A stretch of 64,000 nucleotides of DNA from contig JAXLVF010000006.1 in assembly GCA_046329205.1 (NCBI GenBank), positions 91,077 to 155,076 of the forward strand, given 5' to 3'. Source of the stretch: Flavobacteriaceae bacterium. Its GTDB lineage: Bacteria > Bacteroidota > Bacteroidia > Flavobacteriales > Flavobacteriaceae. A program made the position numbers and the translations under genes. The notes under the pieces were generated by a model, which was not told where the DNA came from, did not search any database, and saw only the letters and a list, made by a program, of their open reading frames with translations. Numbering within the stretch: the stretch's first letter is position 1; every line of letters starts with the position of its first letter. Below, one piece after another: positions 9,688-19,592 of this stretch.

Positions 9688-10612
9688 TGTAGAAAATATT
9701 GTAATTAATTACCAGAACAAAAAGAATTCCTAAGAAAATTACAAGTTTTAATATTTTACTCATTAGACGAAATTCTTTTTGACTTTTTGCATTCCAAATT
9801 TTTATCGAAAAAAACACTAAAGGAGCAATTAATGCTATCAATCCATAGACGGTTGCAAAATACAACCCATTATCCATCAAATTTTTATTGATGTACCAAA
9901 ATAATATACAAACAATGATTAAACCAACTATTGCCGAAATTTTAGCTGTTCTTTCAGTGCCAATTAATATGGGCAAAGTGTTCATGCCTTGATTGTAATC
10001 GCCATTAATATCTTCAATATCTTTTACAATTTCTCTCAAAAAGTTAACCAAAAAGGCAAACATTGCATAATCAAACAAAATTGATAGAAGAGTTTTCATC
10101 AAAATTTCATTTTCAGAATAAATAGCTGGAATGATATCAAACATTCCAATAATCAAAACACTAAAAGCCGTCAGTAACGCAATGATTAAATTTCCAACAA
10201 CAGCGATTTTTTTCCAACTTGTTGCATATAAATACAAAAGCATTGATGAGATAATAAAAATGCCTAAAAAACTGGTTTTCATTACTTTATTGGATAAATA
10301 AAAACCAATGATTAGTGCAACAATATTCAAACCAATGAAAATATTGAAACCCATTTCCTCAGAAATGATTTTCCCAATCTGATTTTTTCCTGGTTTATTG
10401 ATATGATCGGTTTCTACATCATACACATCGTTAATTACATAACCCGCTGCAGCAATTAATACTGTTGCTAAAACAAGTAGTGCAAACATCCAATCGTTGA
10501 GTGCCAAACCTACATTTTGAAGTTTTAAAAATCCATACCTAATGATGTATTGCATGACTGCAATCATTATCAGGTTTTGTACTCTAAATAGTTTTAAATA
10601 ATTCATTATCAT
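9674..10612 (-). CDS. UbiA-family prenyltransferase
   Basis: 312 aa, about 8-9 TM helices, NDVYDVETD aspartate-rich motif and a second D-rich block DIEDINGD. Confidence 0.8.
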   Translation of the reverse strand: MIMNYLKLFRVQNLIMIAVMQYIIRYGFLKLQNVGLALNDWMFALLVLATVLIAAAGYVINDVYDVETDHINKPGKNQIGKIISEEMGFNIFIGLNIVALIIGFYLSNKVMKTSFLGIFIISSMLLYLYATSWKKIAVVGNLIIALLTAFSVLIIGMFDIIPAIYSENEILMKTLLSILFDYAMFAFLVNFLREIVKDIEDINGDYNQGMNTLPILIGTERTAKISAIVGLIIVCILFWYINKNLMDNGLYFATVYGLIALIAPLVFFSIKIWNAKSQKEFRLMSKILKLVIFLGILFVLVINYNIFYNAKG

Positions 10613-11139
10613 TAGTCGTGTTTTCCGTTATAATACATGTGCCATTTTCCCTGTGCTTTCATCACTTGTTCTATTACTTCACGAACAGCACCTTTTCCGC
10701 CATTTTTGTGGGAAATATATTTTGAAATGGCTTTGATTTCTGGAGAAGCATCTTGTGGACAAGTTGGTAAACCCACAAGTTTCATCACATGATAATCTGG
10801 AATATCATCTCCCATGTAAAGCACATGTTCAGGGTTTATGTTGTATAATTCTATGTATTCTTTAAAAGTTTCTACTTTATCAGGACTTGCAAGATGAATA
10901 TCGGTTATCCCAAGATTTCTCAATCTGATGCGAACACCTTCATTATTTCCTCCAGATATTATGCATACGTTGTAACCGCTTTCTATTGCTGCTTTCATTG
11001 CAAATCCATCGCGAATATTCATTATTCGGAGCATTTCACCAGTTGGTGTTACATGAACGGTGCTATCGGTTAAAACACCATCTACATCAAAAATGAAAGT
11101 AGTGATCTGGTTTAAAATTTCTTTATAGCTTTTAGCCAT
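10612..11139 (-). CDS. kdsC: KDO 8-phosphate phosphatase (HAD-IIIA)
   Basis: 175 aa. FDVDGVLTD HAD motif I and GDDIPD motif. Confidence 0.85.
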   Translation of the reverse strand: MAKSYKEILNQITTFIFDVDGVLTDSTVHVTPTGEMLRIMNIRDGFAMKAAIESGYNVCIISGGNNEGVRIRLRNLGITDIHLASPDKVETFKEYIELYNINPEHVLYMGDDIPDYHVMKLVGLPTCPQDASPEIKAISKYISHKNGGKGAVREVIEQVMKAQGKWHMYYNGKHD

Positions 11140-11884
11140 GATTTATAATTGATTGTGTTAACAGTTTATATATTTCTTTTTGATTTTCGTTAGTCAATGA
11201 ATTCAAATGTTCTTCAATTGTTTTGGTATCATTCCTCTTTGCTGGACCAGTTTGAGCTTGTGATGGCGATAAAAAATTAATTTTATTAGCAGTTTCCTCA
11301 ATTAGAGGTTTCAGTATTTCGAAAGGAACATATTTTTCGACACAAATATCATTTCCAATTTTATACAAATGATTGACAAAATTGCAAACAAAAACTGCTG
11401 CTACATGCAATGATTTTCGTTGTTCTGATGAAATAGTGTAAGTGTTTTTAACGACTTTTGAAGCTAATTCATGAAGCGTTTCTAAATCTTTATCGTTTGT
11501 GGCTTCAATGCAAATAGGCACTTGACTAAATTTAATTTTTGTCTCTTTTGAAAAAGTTTGCAATGGATAGAAAACACCTCGATGATTTTTTTTATCCAAA
11601 ATATCTATTGGCATCGAACCAGATGTATGAACAACAAGTCTGTTTTCAAAAGGTAGTTTTGATGAAATTTCTGCTATTGCATTATCAGAAACAGCAATTA
11701 TGTAAACATCTGCTTGAGCAAGATTAGACAAATCGTGAGTAATTTTTGAAACCGGCAAACAATCAGGAAATAGGGAAGTTTTTCGGGAATAAACCTGAAC
11801 CAAATCTATTGATTTGTTTTCGCAAAATGCCAAAATCAAATGATTAGCAACATTTCCAGAACCAATGACAACTACTGAAATCAT
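11132..11884 (-). CDS. Rossmann-fold / DUF2520-type protein
   Basis: 250 aa with N-terminal VIGSGNVANHL dinucleotide-binding loop. Overlaps kdsC by 8 nt. Confidence 0.7.
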   Translation of the reverse strand: MISVVVIGSGNVANHLILAFCENKSIDLVQVYSRKTSLFPDCLPVSKITHDLSNLAQADVYIIAVSDNAIAEISSKLPFENRLVVHTSGSMPIDILDKKNHRGVFYPLQTFSKETKIKFSQVPICIEATNDKDLETLHELASKVVKNTYTISSEQRKSLHVAAVFVCNFVNHLYKIGNDICVEKYVPFEILKPLIEETANKINFLSPSQAQTGPAKRNDTKTIEEHLNSLTNENQKEIYKLLTQSIINHG

Positions 11885-11920
11885 TTGACAAAATTAGGAA
11901 ATTTAACCCAAATAGAAGAA

Positions 11921-12808
11921 TCAATTTCCAGAACGAGTAACTTCGATAAAATGATTGGTCAAGACTTTTGAACCTTTTAAAGAGACATGATCACCATCAA
12001 AAATATAGCAATCTTCACTGAGTTTCATATCACTGAAATCCAATACTTTTAATTTGTTTTCTTTACAAAAATCGGTGTAGAAATCTATGTATTCTTTTGG
12101 AATTTTTGATTTGTAAATTGGATGCAAAGGTGAATTTATCATCTCAATTTCAACATTGTTTTTTTTACATATTTCAATAATTTTTTTTAGATAATATATA
12201 TTTTTTTTAGAAAAAGAAATGATTTTATTATTGTTATAAAAATGTTGGCAAATTCTTTTGTTAATAGATTTTAAATCAGCTGTACTGTTTTTAAATTTAT
12301 TTTGATACAGCCCAATAAATTCAAGTTTTTCTGTTTTGTGTAAATTGGTGTTTATCAATTCTTTTACTAGGTTTTTCAAAAGAGTATTTCTATTTTCTTC
12401 AACACTTTTAAGCATGTTAAATTGCTCTTTTTTGGGTAACAGAAAAAAATATTTTGAACCAACAAATGCTGTCTTTTCGCCAATAGTAAACTCATCGCTA
12501 TAAGCAGATAAATTGTGATAACTAAAGCCTAAATAGATTTTTTTTAACTGTTGTTTGTTTCTAAGTAGCAATTTTATTTTGTAGTAAGAGTGAAGGTATT
12601 GTTCTGCTGATAAACCATGATTTTTGCTGTTTGGAACCAATTTATCATCTATTGCTTTTTGAATATGTGAGTCGCCAATAAAACAAATAGAAACATTTTT
12701 TTCTGGTTGATATCCATTCACTTTTTTGACAGCAATAACATAACCAACAAGCAATAAAACAAGTGGAAATGCAAAAAACAAAATCAGTTTTATGATAAAT
12801 CGTTTCAT
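11921..12808 (-). CDS. Membrane-anchored SGNH/GDSL-like partner of the MBOAT (AlgJ/DltD-like role?)
   Basis: Start re-set to ATG at 12806-12808 (MKRFIIKLILFFAFPLVLLLVGYVI...), which overlaps the MBOAT stop as ATGA. Has one TM followed by an ICFIGDSH block. Confidence 0.55.
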   Translation of the reverse strand: MKRFIIKLILFFAFPLVLLLVGYVIAVKKVNGYQPEKNVSICFIGDSHIQKAIDDKLVPNSKNHGLSAEQYLHSYYKIKLLLRNKQQLKKIYLGFSYHNLSAYSDEFTIGEKTAFVGSKYFFLLPKKEQFNMLKSVEENRNTLLKNLVKELINTNLHKTEKLEFIGLYQNKFKNSTADLKSINKRICQHFYNNNKIISFSKKNIYYLKKIIEICKKNNVEIEMINSPLHPIYKSKIPKEYIDFYTDFCKENKLKVLDFSDMKLSEDCYIFDGDHVSLKGSKVLTNHFIEVTRSGN

Positions 12809-14256
12809 CAAAATTGAAAATAAATGAATTGTTGTTCTTTTTGTCCATACCAGAATATGCAGAAGATTATTGCGTAATAGAATGCATATCTGATAGGTTT
12901 TTTCCACTTGAAAGTTATTTTTTCAAGCGCATAATTGTTTTCTCTACCTAGCCATTCAATAATCAGCATGAGTAGAATAAAAAGTATTGTCGTTTTGGCT
13001 CTTCCCATTTTTGGAAATTTTGGGATTTCGAAAAGTGAAGATGAAAATATTTTTGAGATATAATCAAAAGCATCTGTTAAGCTTTCTGCTCTAAAAAATA
13101 TCCAAGCAAACACGGTTAGAGCAAAAGTCAACAGGATTGAAAAAGCTTCTTTTGATGAAGGTAAAACGTTTCCTTTTGCAACTATTTCTAGGTTGTGTCT
13201 GTTCTTGTTTGAAAAAAGTAATGGTAAAAAATAAATAGCATTGAGTAATCCCCAAATTATGAATGTCCAATTGGCTCCATGCCAAAAACCACTAACAATA
13301 AAGATTATGAATGTATTACGCACTTTCATCCAAGTATTTCCCTTGCTTCCGCCAAGCGGAATATATAAATAATCTTTGAACCAAGAGGACAATGAAATGT
13401 GCCATCTTCTCCAGAACTCGGCTATATCTCTTGAAAAATATGGAAAGGAAAAGTTTTGCAATAGTTCTATTCCAAATAGTTTTGATGTGCCAAGCGCAAT
13501 ATCAGAATATCCAGAAAAGTCTCCATAAATTTGAAATGCAAAAAAGATTGCTCCGAGAAATAATCCACTTCCAGAGAAATTATCTGGATTTTCAAACATC
13601 ATATTCGCATATTGTGCGCAATTATCGGCGATCACTATTTTCTTGAATAATCCCCAAAGTATCTGTCTTAAACCATCTGTAGCTTGATAGTAATCGAAAT
13701 TTCTTTTTCTTTTAATTTGAGGTAATAAATGTGTAGCTCTTTCAATTGGACCAGCAACAAGCAGTGGAAAGTAGCTAACAAAAACGGCGTAGGTTATGAA
13801 ATTTTTTTCTGGTTCAATTCTGTTTTTATAAATATCAACCACATAGGATAATCCATGAAAAGTGTAAAAGGAAATACCAACTGGAAGAATTACATTTATC
13901 AAAGCTGGATGAACTTCAAAACCCAATCCTAATAAAGCTTCGGCAAATGAACTAGCAAAAAAATTATAATATTTGAATACACCTAAAAATCCTAAATTGA
14001 TAATTATACTTGTCCAAAACCAAAACTTTCTGGATTTCGTAGAATTGGAATTACTCATTTTTAAACCAGTATAATAATCAAGCAAAGTGGAAAAAATAAG
14101 TAAAAACAAAAACCTCCAATCCCAACACGAATAAAAGTAATAGCTAGATAACAGTAATAAGGTATTTTGTGCTTTCAAGTTTTTTGACACAACAAACCAA
14201 TACAGAATAAAAACTATTGGCACAAAGATGGCAAAACTTAAAGAGTTGAAAAGCAT
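12808..14256 (-). CDS. MBOAT-family membrane O-acyltransferase (AlgI/DltB-like)
   Basis: Polytopic protein. Conserved FWRRWHISLSSWFKDYLYIPLGG and FIVSGFWHGA blocks contain the MBOAT catalytic His. Start set at MLFNSLSFAIF (14254-14256). Confidence 0.9.
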   Translation of the reverse strand: MLFNSLSFAIFVPIVFILYWFVVSKNLKAQNTLLLLSSYYFYSCWDWRFLFLLIFSTLLDYYTGLKMSNSNSTKSRKFWFWTSIIINLGFLGVFKYYNFFASSFAEALLGLGFEVHPALINVILPVGISFYTFHGLSYVVDIYKNRIEPEKNFITYAVFVSYFPLLVAGPIERATHLLPQIKRKRNFDYYQATDGLRQILWGLFKKIVIADNCAQYANMMFENPDNFSGSGLFLGAIFFAFQIYGDFSGYSDIALGTSKLFGIELLQNFSFPYFSRDIAEFWRRWHISLSSWFKDYLYIPLGGSKGNTWMKVRNTFIIFIVSGFWHGANWTFIIWGLLNAIYFLPLLFSNKNRHNLEIVAKGNVLPSSKEAFSILLTFALTVFAWIFFRAESLTDAFDYISKIFSSSLFEIPKFPKMGRAKTTILFILLMLIIEWLGRENNYALEKITFKWKKPIRYAFYYAIIFCIFWYGQKEQQFIYFQF

Positions 14257-14331
14257 TTGTTTGTTATTATTTTTCGAAATAAAGACTATTATTTCAAAAA
14301 ACAAAATATTGGTTTCAAATTATGTCACAAA

Positions 14332-15390
14332 TCACAATGACAATAAGAATTCTAATGTGTCAACACCATCAGCATAGTCCCAAAGTTCAGGTTGTTGAGT
14401 TTTTCCAAATGGAATTGAATTTTCAATCAATCCATTAGAAACAACACACTGGATTTTTTCTGCATCCGATAGAAGTTTGTTTTTTACAACATCAATGGTT
14501 TCGTAATACTCATAAAAAACAGATGAAATAGGAGATGAGTAACTTTCATCTTCTTTGATGGTTAGAAAACCATTATCCAATAATTTATATAAACTCATCA
14601 AGAAAACAGCCTTGTTGTAGTCATAATTGTTAGCATATTTTTCATACTCAATAATATCTTTGTGAGTATAAATAGCATTGAAAAACGCATCAAAATTATA
14701 CCCATTTGGAACAAAAAGTTTGGATACGTTTCTGCATCCTAATCCAAAATACCTAAAAATATCTTCGCCTAGTAATTCGAGTTCTTCTTTGGTTTCATTT
14801 CCAGATAAAACCGCAACAGAATTTCTGTTTTTTCTAATGATGCTTGGTTTGTCTTTAAAATAATACTCAAAATATCGGGCAGTGTTGTTACTTCCTGTGG
14901 CAATAACGGTATCAAAGTTTTCGAGTTTTTTATCGGTAAATTCAATAAAATCATTCAACCTTTCATCGATACTAACAAGGTATTTGGCCAAAAAAGGCAA
15001 AAGTTTTTGATCATTTGAAGAAAGTTTGACCAACGCTTTATTTCCAGAAATGATAACCGAAATAAAATCATGAAATCCAACCAAAGGAATATTTCCTGCT
15101 AGAATTAAAGCAATTGTTTTAGGTTTTTTTTCTGTGAAATCATAACGCGACAACCATTCGTCAAGATTTGATTTTGTCAATGCTTTTGCCCAAGATTGAA
15201 CAGCATAGTATACTTGTTCTGCTGTGAACCAACCATTGTAGTGAACTGAATTTTCAATTAAATTTTTGAAATCATCAAAGAACAAATCGTTGTGAGAAAC
15301 GTCATTTTTTTTTGTAGAATTATCCTCAGAAAATTGACTTAAAAACTTCCCGAGTTCAACAAAGCACTTTTTTTTATCGATTTGTAACAT
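14332..15390 (-). CDS. LuxC-like acyl-CoA reductase
   Basis: 352 aa. Layout and blocks (ILAGNIPLVGFHD, TGSNNTARYFEYYF, FGLGCRNVSK) are typical of flavobacterial acyl-CoA reductases. Confidence 0.75.
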   Translation of the reverse strand: MLQIDKKKCFVELGKFLSQFSEDNSTKKNDVSHNDLFFDDFKNLIENSVHYNGWFTAEQVYYAVQSWAKALTKSNLDEWLSRYDFTEKKPKTIALILAGNIPLVGFHDFISVIISGNKALVKLSSNDQKLLPFLAKYLVSIDERLNDFIEFTDKKLENFDTVIATGSNNTARYFEYYFKDKPSIIRKNRNSVAVLSGNETKEELELLGEDIFRYFGLGCRNVSKLFVPNGYNFDAFFNAIYTHKDIIEYEKYANNYDYNKAVFLMSLYKLLDNGFLTIKEDESYSSPISSVFYEYYETIDVVKNKLLSDAEKIQCVVSNGLIENSIPFGKTQQPELWDYADGVDTLEFLLSL

Positions 15391-15420
15391 TTGTAACTTG
15401 CTTATGAATGGTTTTGATTG

Positions 15421-15438
15421 TAATTTTGCACAAAATTA
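15421..15438. promoter_or_regulatory. Back-to-back -7 boxes TAATTTTG-CA-CAAAATTA serving divergent genes
   Basis: Two perfect TAnnTTTG boxes, one per strand, in an 8-2-8 inverted repeat. They lie 25 nt from the ATG at 15454 and 40 nt from the ATG at 15390. Confidence 0.4.
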
Positions 15439-15453
15439 AATAAAATTTACGCT

Positions 15454-15804
15454 ATGGCGATTATTATAACTGATGAATGTATTAACTGTGGAGCTTGTGA
15501 ACCAGAATGTCCAAACACTGCAATCTATGAAGGTGCTGATAATTGGAGATACAAGGATGGAACAAAACTAAGAGGTAAAATAGTTTTACCCGATGGAACA
15601 GAAGTTAACGCTGATGCTGCTCAAACTCCTATTTCAGATGATTTGTATTATATAGTTCCAAGTAAATGTACAGAATGTAAAGGTTTTCACGAAGAACCTC
15701 AATGTGCAGCTGTTTGTCCTGTTGATTGCTGTGTTCCTGATGATAATCATGTTGAAAGCGAAGAAACTCTTTTGAATAGACAAGCATTCTTGCACAACGA
15801 ATAG
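15454..15804 (+). CDS. 4Fe-4S dicluster ferredoxin
   Basis: 116 aa. [12 protein letters not shown] and [18 protein letters not shown] cysteine clusters. Confidence 0.9.
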   Translation: MAIIITDECINCGACEPECPNTAIYEGADNWRYKDGTKLRGKIVLPDGTEVNADAAQTPISDDLYYIVPSKCTECKGFHEEPQCAAVCPVDCCVPDDNHVESEETLLNRQAFLHNE

Positions 15805-15833
15805 ATATTTCTACACTATAAGTTTATGGTGAA

Positions 15834-15868
15834 AAATCCCTGTCAGAATTTTTGGCAGGGATTTTTTT
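15834..15868 (+). terminator. Rho-independent terminator
   Basis: AAATCCCTG...CAGGGATTT stem followed by TTTTTTT. Confidence 0.6.
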
Positions 15869-15903
15869 GCATTTATACTTCTTAAAAAAATAAAATTTTG
15901 CTA

Positions 15904-15911
15904 TATATTTG
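15904..15911 (+). promoter_or_regulatory. Candidate -7 box TATATTTG
   Basis: TAnnTTTG 19 nt upstream of the ATG at 15930. Confidence 0.4.
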
Positions 15912-15929
15912 TTGGAAACGCTTTTTTGA

Positions 15930-17087
15930 ATGAAAAGAATATTTGTTTTTCTTATATTTCTTATATCCTGTTTAGTTTACTCGCAAACTACAGAAAAGAC
16001 GTTATTGATTAGAGATGCAAATACAAATTTGCCAATAGAAGATGTTGTTGTATTTATTGCAAAAACAAAACAATCCTTTGTGAGCAACAAAGAAGGTGAG
16101 GTGCTATTGTCGCTAAAATCTCCATCAACAATTCAGATTACTCATTTTGCTTATCAATCAGAAACTGTTCGTTCTATTTCGTTAAAAGAAGGTAAAAACA
16201 CCATTCTTCTCAAACCGAATATTAATGACCTTGACGATATAGTCATCACGAAACAACATCCACAAAAAATTCTAAAATCTCTGATTGAAAATTCTATAAA
16301 AAAATTGACAATTCCTGCTCGACTTAAGGTCTATTCAAGAGAGTTTTTCAAATTGAATGGTAGTTACTCTTATTTTAATGATGGATTGATTAATTTTCAA
16401 TTGACTGGACAACCTAAAAAGATTAAAACAGATATTTTAGTCGAGCAAAATAGATTTTATGGTTTGATGGGAGATGAAAATCTAGAAGATGTTTTAGGGT
16501 ATAATCTCAATAATATTATGGGAAATTATTATGAGTTTAAATACCTCAATCCTTTGCTCGAAAAATCAGCTCTGAAAGATTATGATTTCTTAATTAAGTC
16601 CAGCGCAAAAAACAGTCAAAATTATATTATGACAGCAAAACCTGTGGATGATGTAAAAGATGTATTAGATGAATTCACAATTGTTTATGATTACAAACAT
16701 AAAGTAATTATTGAAGCTAGTTCAAACTTATCTCAAGCGACAATTCTACGAAATGATTTTAAAACTTTTAATGGTAAAAAAACATACAAATCCAATTTTA
16801 AAACCATTTATAAATTGCTTGACAATGATTACTATTTAATCAGTTCAAAAGAAGAAATTGGTTTTGAAAAAACAAATAAAGGAAAGGTAAAAGACATTCA
16901 GGTTACAAATTATCTAATCACATCCAACTTCAGTAAAAAAGGTTATACATTCAAAGCTGAAGACATTTATAAAGACAAAACTTTGTACAACAAAAAAAAC
17001 AATATTCTTTCCAATTACTGGGAAGTTTCTGGACTTGTTTCTACTGATGAAGAAGAAAAAATTATATTAAGTCTTCAGGATAAGTAA
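15930..17087 (+). CDS. Secreted protein with carboxypeptidase-regulatory-like N-terminal domain
   Basis: 385 aa with a signal peptide. LLIRDANTNLPIEDVVVFI resembles a CarboxypepD_reg beta-sandwich start. Confidence 0.55.
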   Translation: MKRIFVFLIFLISCLVYSQTTEKTLLIRDANTNLPIEDVVVFIAKTKQSFVSNKEGEVLLSLKSPSTIQITHFAYQSETVRSISLKEGKNTILLKPNINDLDDIVITKQHPQKILKSLIENSIKKLTIPARLKVYSREFFKLNGSYSYFNDGLINFQLTGQPKKIKTDILVEQNRFYGLMGDENLEDVLGYNLNNIMGNYYEFKYLNPLLEKSALKDYDFLIKSSAKNSQNYIMTAKPVDDVKDVLDEFTIVYDYKHKVIIEASSNLSQATILRNDFKTFNGKKTYKSNFKTIYKLLDNDYYLISSKEEIGFEKTNKGKVKDIQVTNYLITSNFSKKGYTFKAEDIYKDKTLYNKKNNILSNYWEVSGLVSTDEEEKIILSLQDK

Positions 17088-17114
17088 AGTGTTTTTAAAC
17101 TTGTTTTTTTGGAC

Positions 17115-17122
17115 TATATTTG
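17115..17122 (+). promoter_or_regulatory. Candidate -7 box TATATTTG
   Basis: TAnnTTTG 24 nt upstream of the ychF ATG. Confidence 0.4.
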
Positions 17123-17145
17123 CACACTTTTAAAATTAAATCTAA

Positions 17146-18240
17146 ATGAAAGCAGGTATAGTAGGATTGCCAAATGTAGGGAAATCAACTCTTTTTAATT
17201 GTTTATCAAATGCTAAAGCGCAAAGTGCTAACTTTCCGTTTTGTACTATCGAACCGAATATTGGTGTTGTAAATGTACCTGATCCACGTATAAATAAACT
17301 CGAAGAATTAGTAAAACCAGAACGTGTTCAAATGGCAACTGTTGATATTGTTGACATAGCAGGTTTGGTAAAAGGGGCAAGCAAAGGTGAAGGTTTAGGA
17401 AACCAATTCTTAGGAAATATTAGAGAATGTAACGCAATTATTCACGTTTTACGTTGTTTTGATAACGACAATATTGTTCACGTTGATGGAAGCGTAAACC
17501 CAATCCGCGATAAAGAAACCATCGATATCGAGTTGCAATTAAAAGATTTAGAAACGGTAGAAAAACGCTTAGAAAAAGTAAATCGTGCTGCAAAAACAGG
17601 TAACAAAGAAGCTCAAGTGGAACAAGCTTTACTTAACAGGATTAAAGATGCTTTATTGCAAGCCAAATCAGCTCGTACTGTAATTCCACAAAATCAAGAC
17701 GAAGAAGTTTTGATGGAAGAATTTCAACTAATTACTACAAAACCAGTTTTATATGTTTGTAACGTAGATGAAGGTTCGGCAGCAACTGGAAACCAATATG
17801 TAGAACAAGTTCGCGAATTGGTAAAAGATGAACAAGCCGAAGTAATCGTTCTCGCTGTTGGTACAGAAGCCGACATCACTGAATTGGAAACTTATGAAGA
17901 ACGTCAAATGTTCTTAGAGGATTTAGGTTTAGACGAACCAGGAGTTTCAAAATTAATCCGTGCTGCTTATAAACTTTTGAAGTTACAAACTTATTTTACA
18001 GCTGGTGTTAAAGAAGTTCGCGCTTGGACAATAAAAGTTGGCGATACTGCACCAAAAGCTGCCGGAGTAATCCATACCGATTTTGAAAAAGGTTTCATCC
18101 GTGCCGAAGTAATTGCTTACGAAGATTATGTGAATTATGGTTCAGAAGCCAAAGTAAAAGAAGCTGGAAAACTGCGTGTAGAAGGAAAAGAATACATTGT
18201 GAAAGATGGCGATGTGATGCATTTTAGATTTAATGTTTAG
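17146..18240 (+). CDS. ychF: Redox-regulated ribosome-binding ATPase YchF
   Basis: 364 aa. GIVGLPNVGKSTLFN P-loop, a full-length OLA1/YchF layout, and the C-terminal KDGDVMHFRFNV. Confidence 0.95.
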   Translation: MKAGIVGLPNVGKSTLFNCLSNAKAQSANFPFCTIEPNIGVVNVPDPRINKLEELVKPERVQMATVDIVDIAGLVKGASKGEGLGNQFLGNIRECNAIIHVLRCFDNDNIVHVDGSVNPIRDKETIDIELQLKDLETVEKRLEKVNRAAKTGNKEAQVEQALLNRIKDALLQAKSARTVIPQNQDEEVLMEEFQLITTKPVLYVCNVDEGSAATGNQYVEQVRELVKDEQAEVIVLAVGTEADITELETYEERQMFLEDLGLDEPGVSKLIRAAYKLLKLQTYFTAGVKEVRAWTIKVGDTAPKAAGVIHTDFEKGFIRAEVIAYEDYVNYGSEAKVKEAGKLRVEGKEYIVKDGDVMHFRFNV

Positions 18241-18244
18241 TGGC

Positions 18245-18898
18245 ATGAAGAAAATAATTGCAATAGTATTTTTCGGCTCTATTAGCTTAAATTCTATGGC
18301 GCAAAGTAATTTTTCATTTGGCATAAATGCTGGAGCAACTTATTCTTCATTTAGAGGAAATCCACAAATTGAAGCATTTAATGCAGGAGTTGACTTTTTG
18401 GTCGGGATTTCATTGGAGTATAAGCTAAAAGAAAGACTTTCTTTGATAGCAAACATAAATTATGATAGAAAGACAGCATCACAATCATTATATACTGAAA
18501 TAATTGAAAATCCTGATGATCCAGGTTTTTATGGAGACATGAAAATAAAATTTAAAAATCAATTTATTTCAATGCCTGTAATGGCAAAATATAAGTTTGG
18601 TTCAGATAATAGTTTTTATTTAAATGGAGGTTTATTGATTAGTTACATGCTTAAATCTCAATTGTGGAACGATTATGATGATGTGAATACAGATTTTACA
18701 GATAATTACAAAAAGCTTGATTTTGGGTTGGTTTTTGGGCTTGGTAAATCATTCGAACTTAAAAACAACAATAAAATATCAGTTGAATTAAGAGAAAACT
18801 TAGGTTTGAACAATATAAGTAATGTTGCAATAGCTGACAATGGCTCAATAAGAACAAACTCACTAAATTTGATTTGTAATTACTCTTTTGATTTTTAA
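18245..18898 (+). CDS. Outer-membrane beta-barrel (OmpW/porin-family-like) protein
   Basis: Signal peptide MKKIIAIVFFGSISLNSMAQ, alternating hydrophobic strands, and a C-terminal aromatic ending ...NYSFDF. Confidence 0.7.
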   Translation: MKKIIAIVFFGSISLNSMAQSNFSFGINAGATYSSFRGNPQIEAFNAGVDFLVGISLEYKLKERLSLIANINYDRKTASQSLYTEIIENPDDPGFYGDMKIKFKNQFISMPVMAKYKFGSDNSFYLNGGLLISYMLKSQLWNDYDDVNTDFTDNYKKLDFGLVFGLGKSFELKNNNKISVELRENLGLNNISNVAIADNGSIRTNSLNLICNYSFDF

Positions 18899-18912
18899 CA
18901 AATAAAAGTATA

Positions 18913-19389
18913 TTAAAATTGAATGGATGTAATTATTTTTTTTATCAAAGAAACTTGTCCCAAATGATAGTAACTATGCTCAATAACACCTTCAATATTT
19001 CGTAAATAATTTCCATATTTTACATCAACAAAAGGTTTATACAAGTCTTCATCAGATAATTTTTCAACTTCATGAATAAATTTCTCTGAATTTGATATGA
19101 ACTCAAAAACCAAATTTTTCCATTCACTTTCTGATTTGATTTCTGGCATATCAAAGCTATATTTATCCCTTATTTCGAGTTCTCCACCATAAAAAACATT
19201 CAAGAGACCTGAGAGATAGTAATTAATATGAAACGTTAACAATGCAATTGTATTAAGATTTTCATATTTCTCATTAGCTTGTTGCCAAGTTACGCTTTCA
19301 ATTTGCTCCTTAAAATTAGTGTTAGCAATCCACTTTCCGTCGAGTAAAACTTCTCTAATCCTATTAGCAATGAATTTACTTTGGTTCAT
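18913..19389 (-). CDS. DinB-superfamily four-helix-bundle protein
   Basis: Start set at MNQSKFIANRI. Contains HINYY and HSYYHLGQV His-containing helices typical of DinB/DUF1572-like proteins. Confidence 0.65.
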   Translation of the reverse strand: MNQSKFIANRIREVLLDGKWIANTNFKEQIESVTWQQANEKYENLNTIALLTFHINYYLSGLLNVFYGGELEIRDKYSFDMPEIKSESEWKNLVFEFISNSEKFIHEVEKLSDEDLYKPFVDVKYGNYLRNIEGVIEHSYYHLGQVSLIKKIITSIQF

Positions 19390-19592
19390 TTTTGATATAA
19401 TTATTCTCAAAAATAATAAATTTTTATCGTCATTTCATTACTCTTTTCTCTTTAATATTCACTCAACTTTGTACTTCGTATCTCAAAAATCCTACTTAAA
19501 AATGTCAATATCATTCTTAATAACTTTGATAAATATCATTTCAAAAAAAGGTGCAATTCCATTATATTAGCGGAATAACATTCGATTTTTAA

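Noticed and set aside
12809-12907. N-terminal extension of the 11921-12907 ORF, and the nested ORF 12645-12848
   Set aside because: The extension overlaps the MBOAT 3' end by 100 nt. An internal ATG at 12806-12808 gives a normal signal-anchor N-terminus and an ATGA stop/start overlap. The nested ORF is an out-of-frame shadow.
19319-19570. 83-aa plus-strand ORF upstream of parE
   Set aside because: It overlaps the 5' end of the DinB-like gene and the AT-rich promoter gap. It has no motif and a composition-driven sequence.
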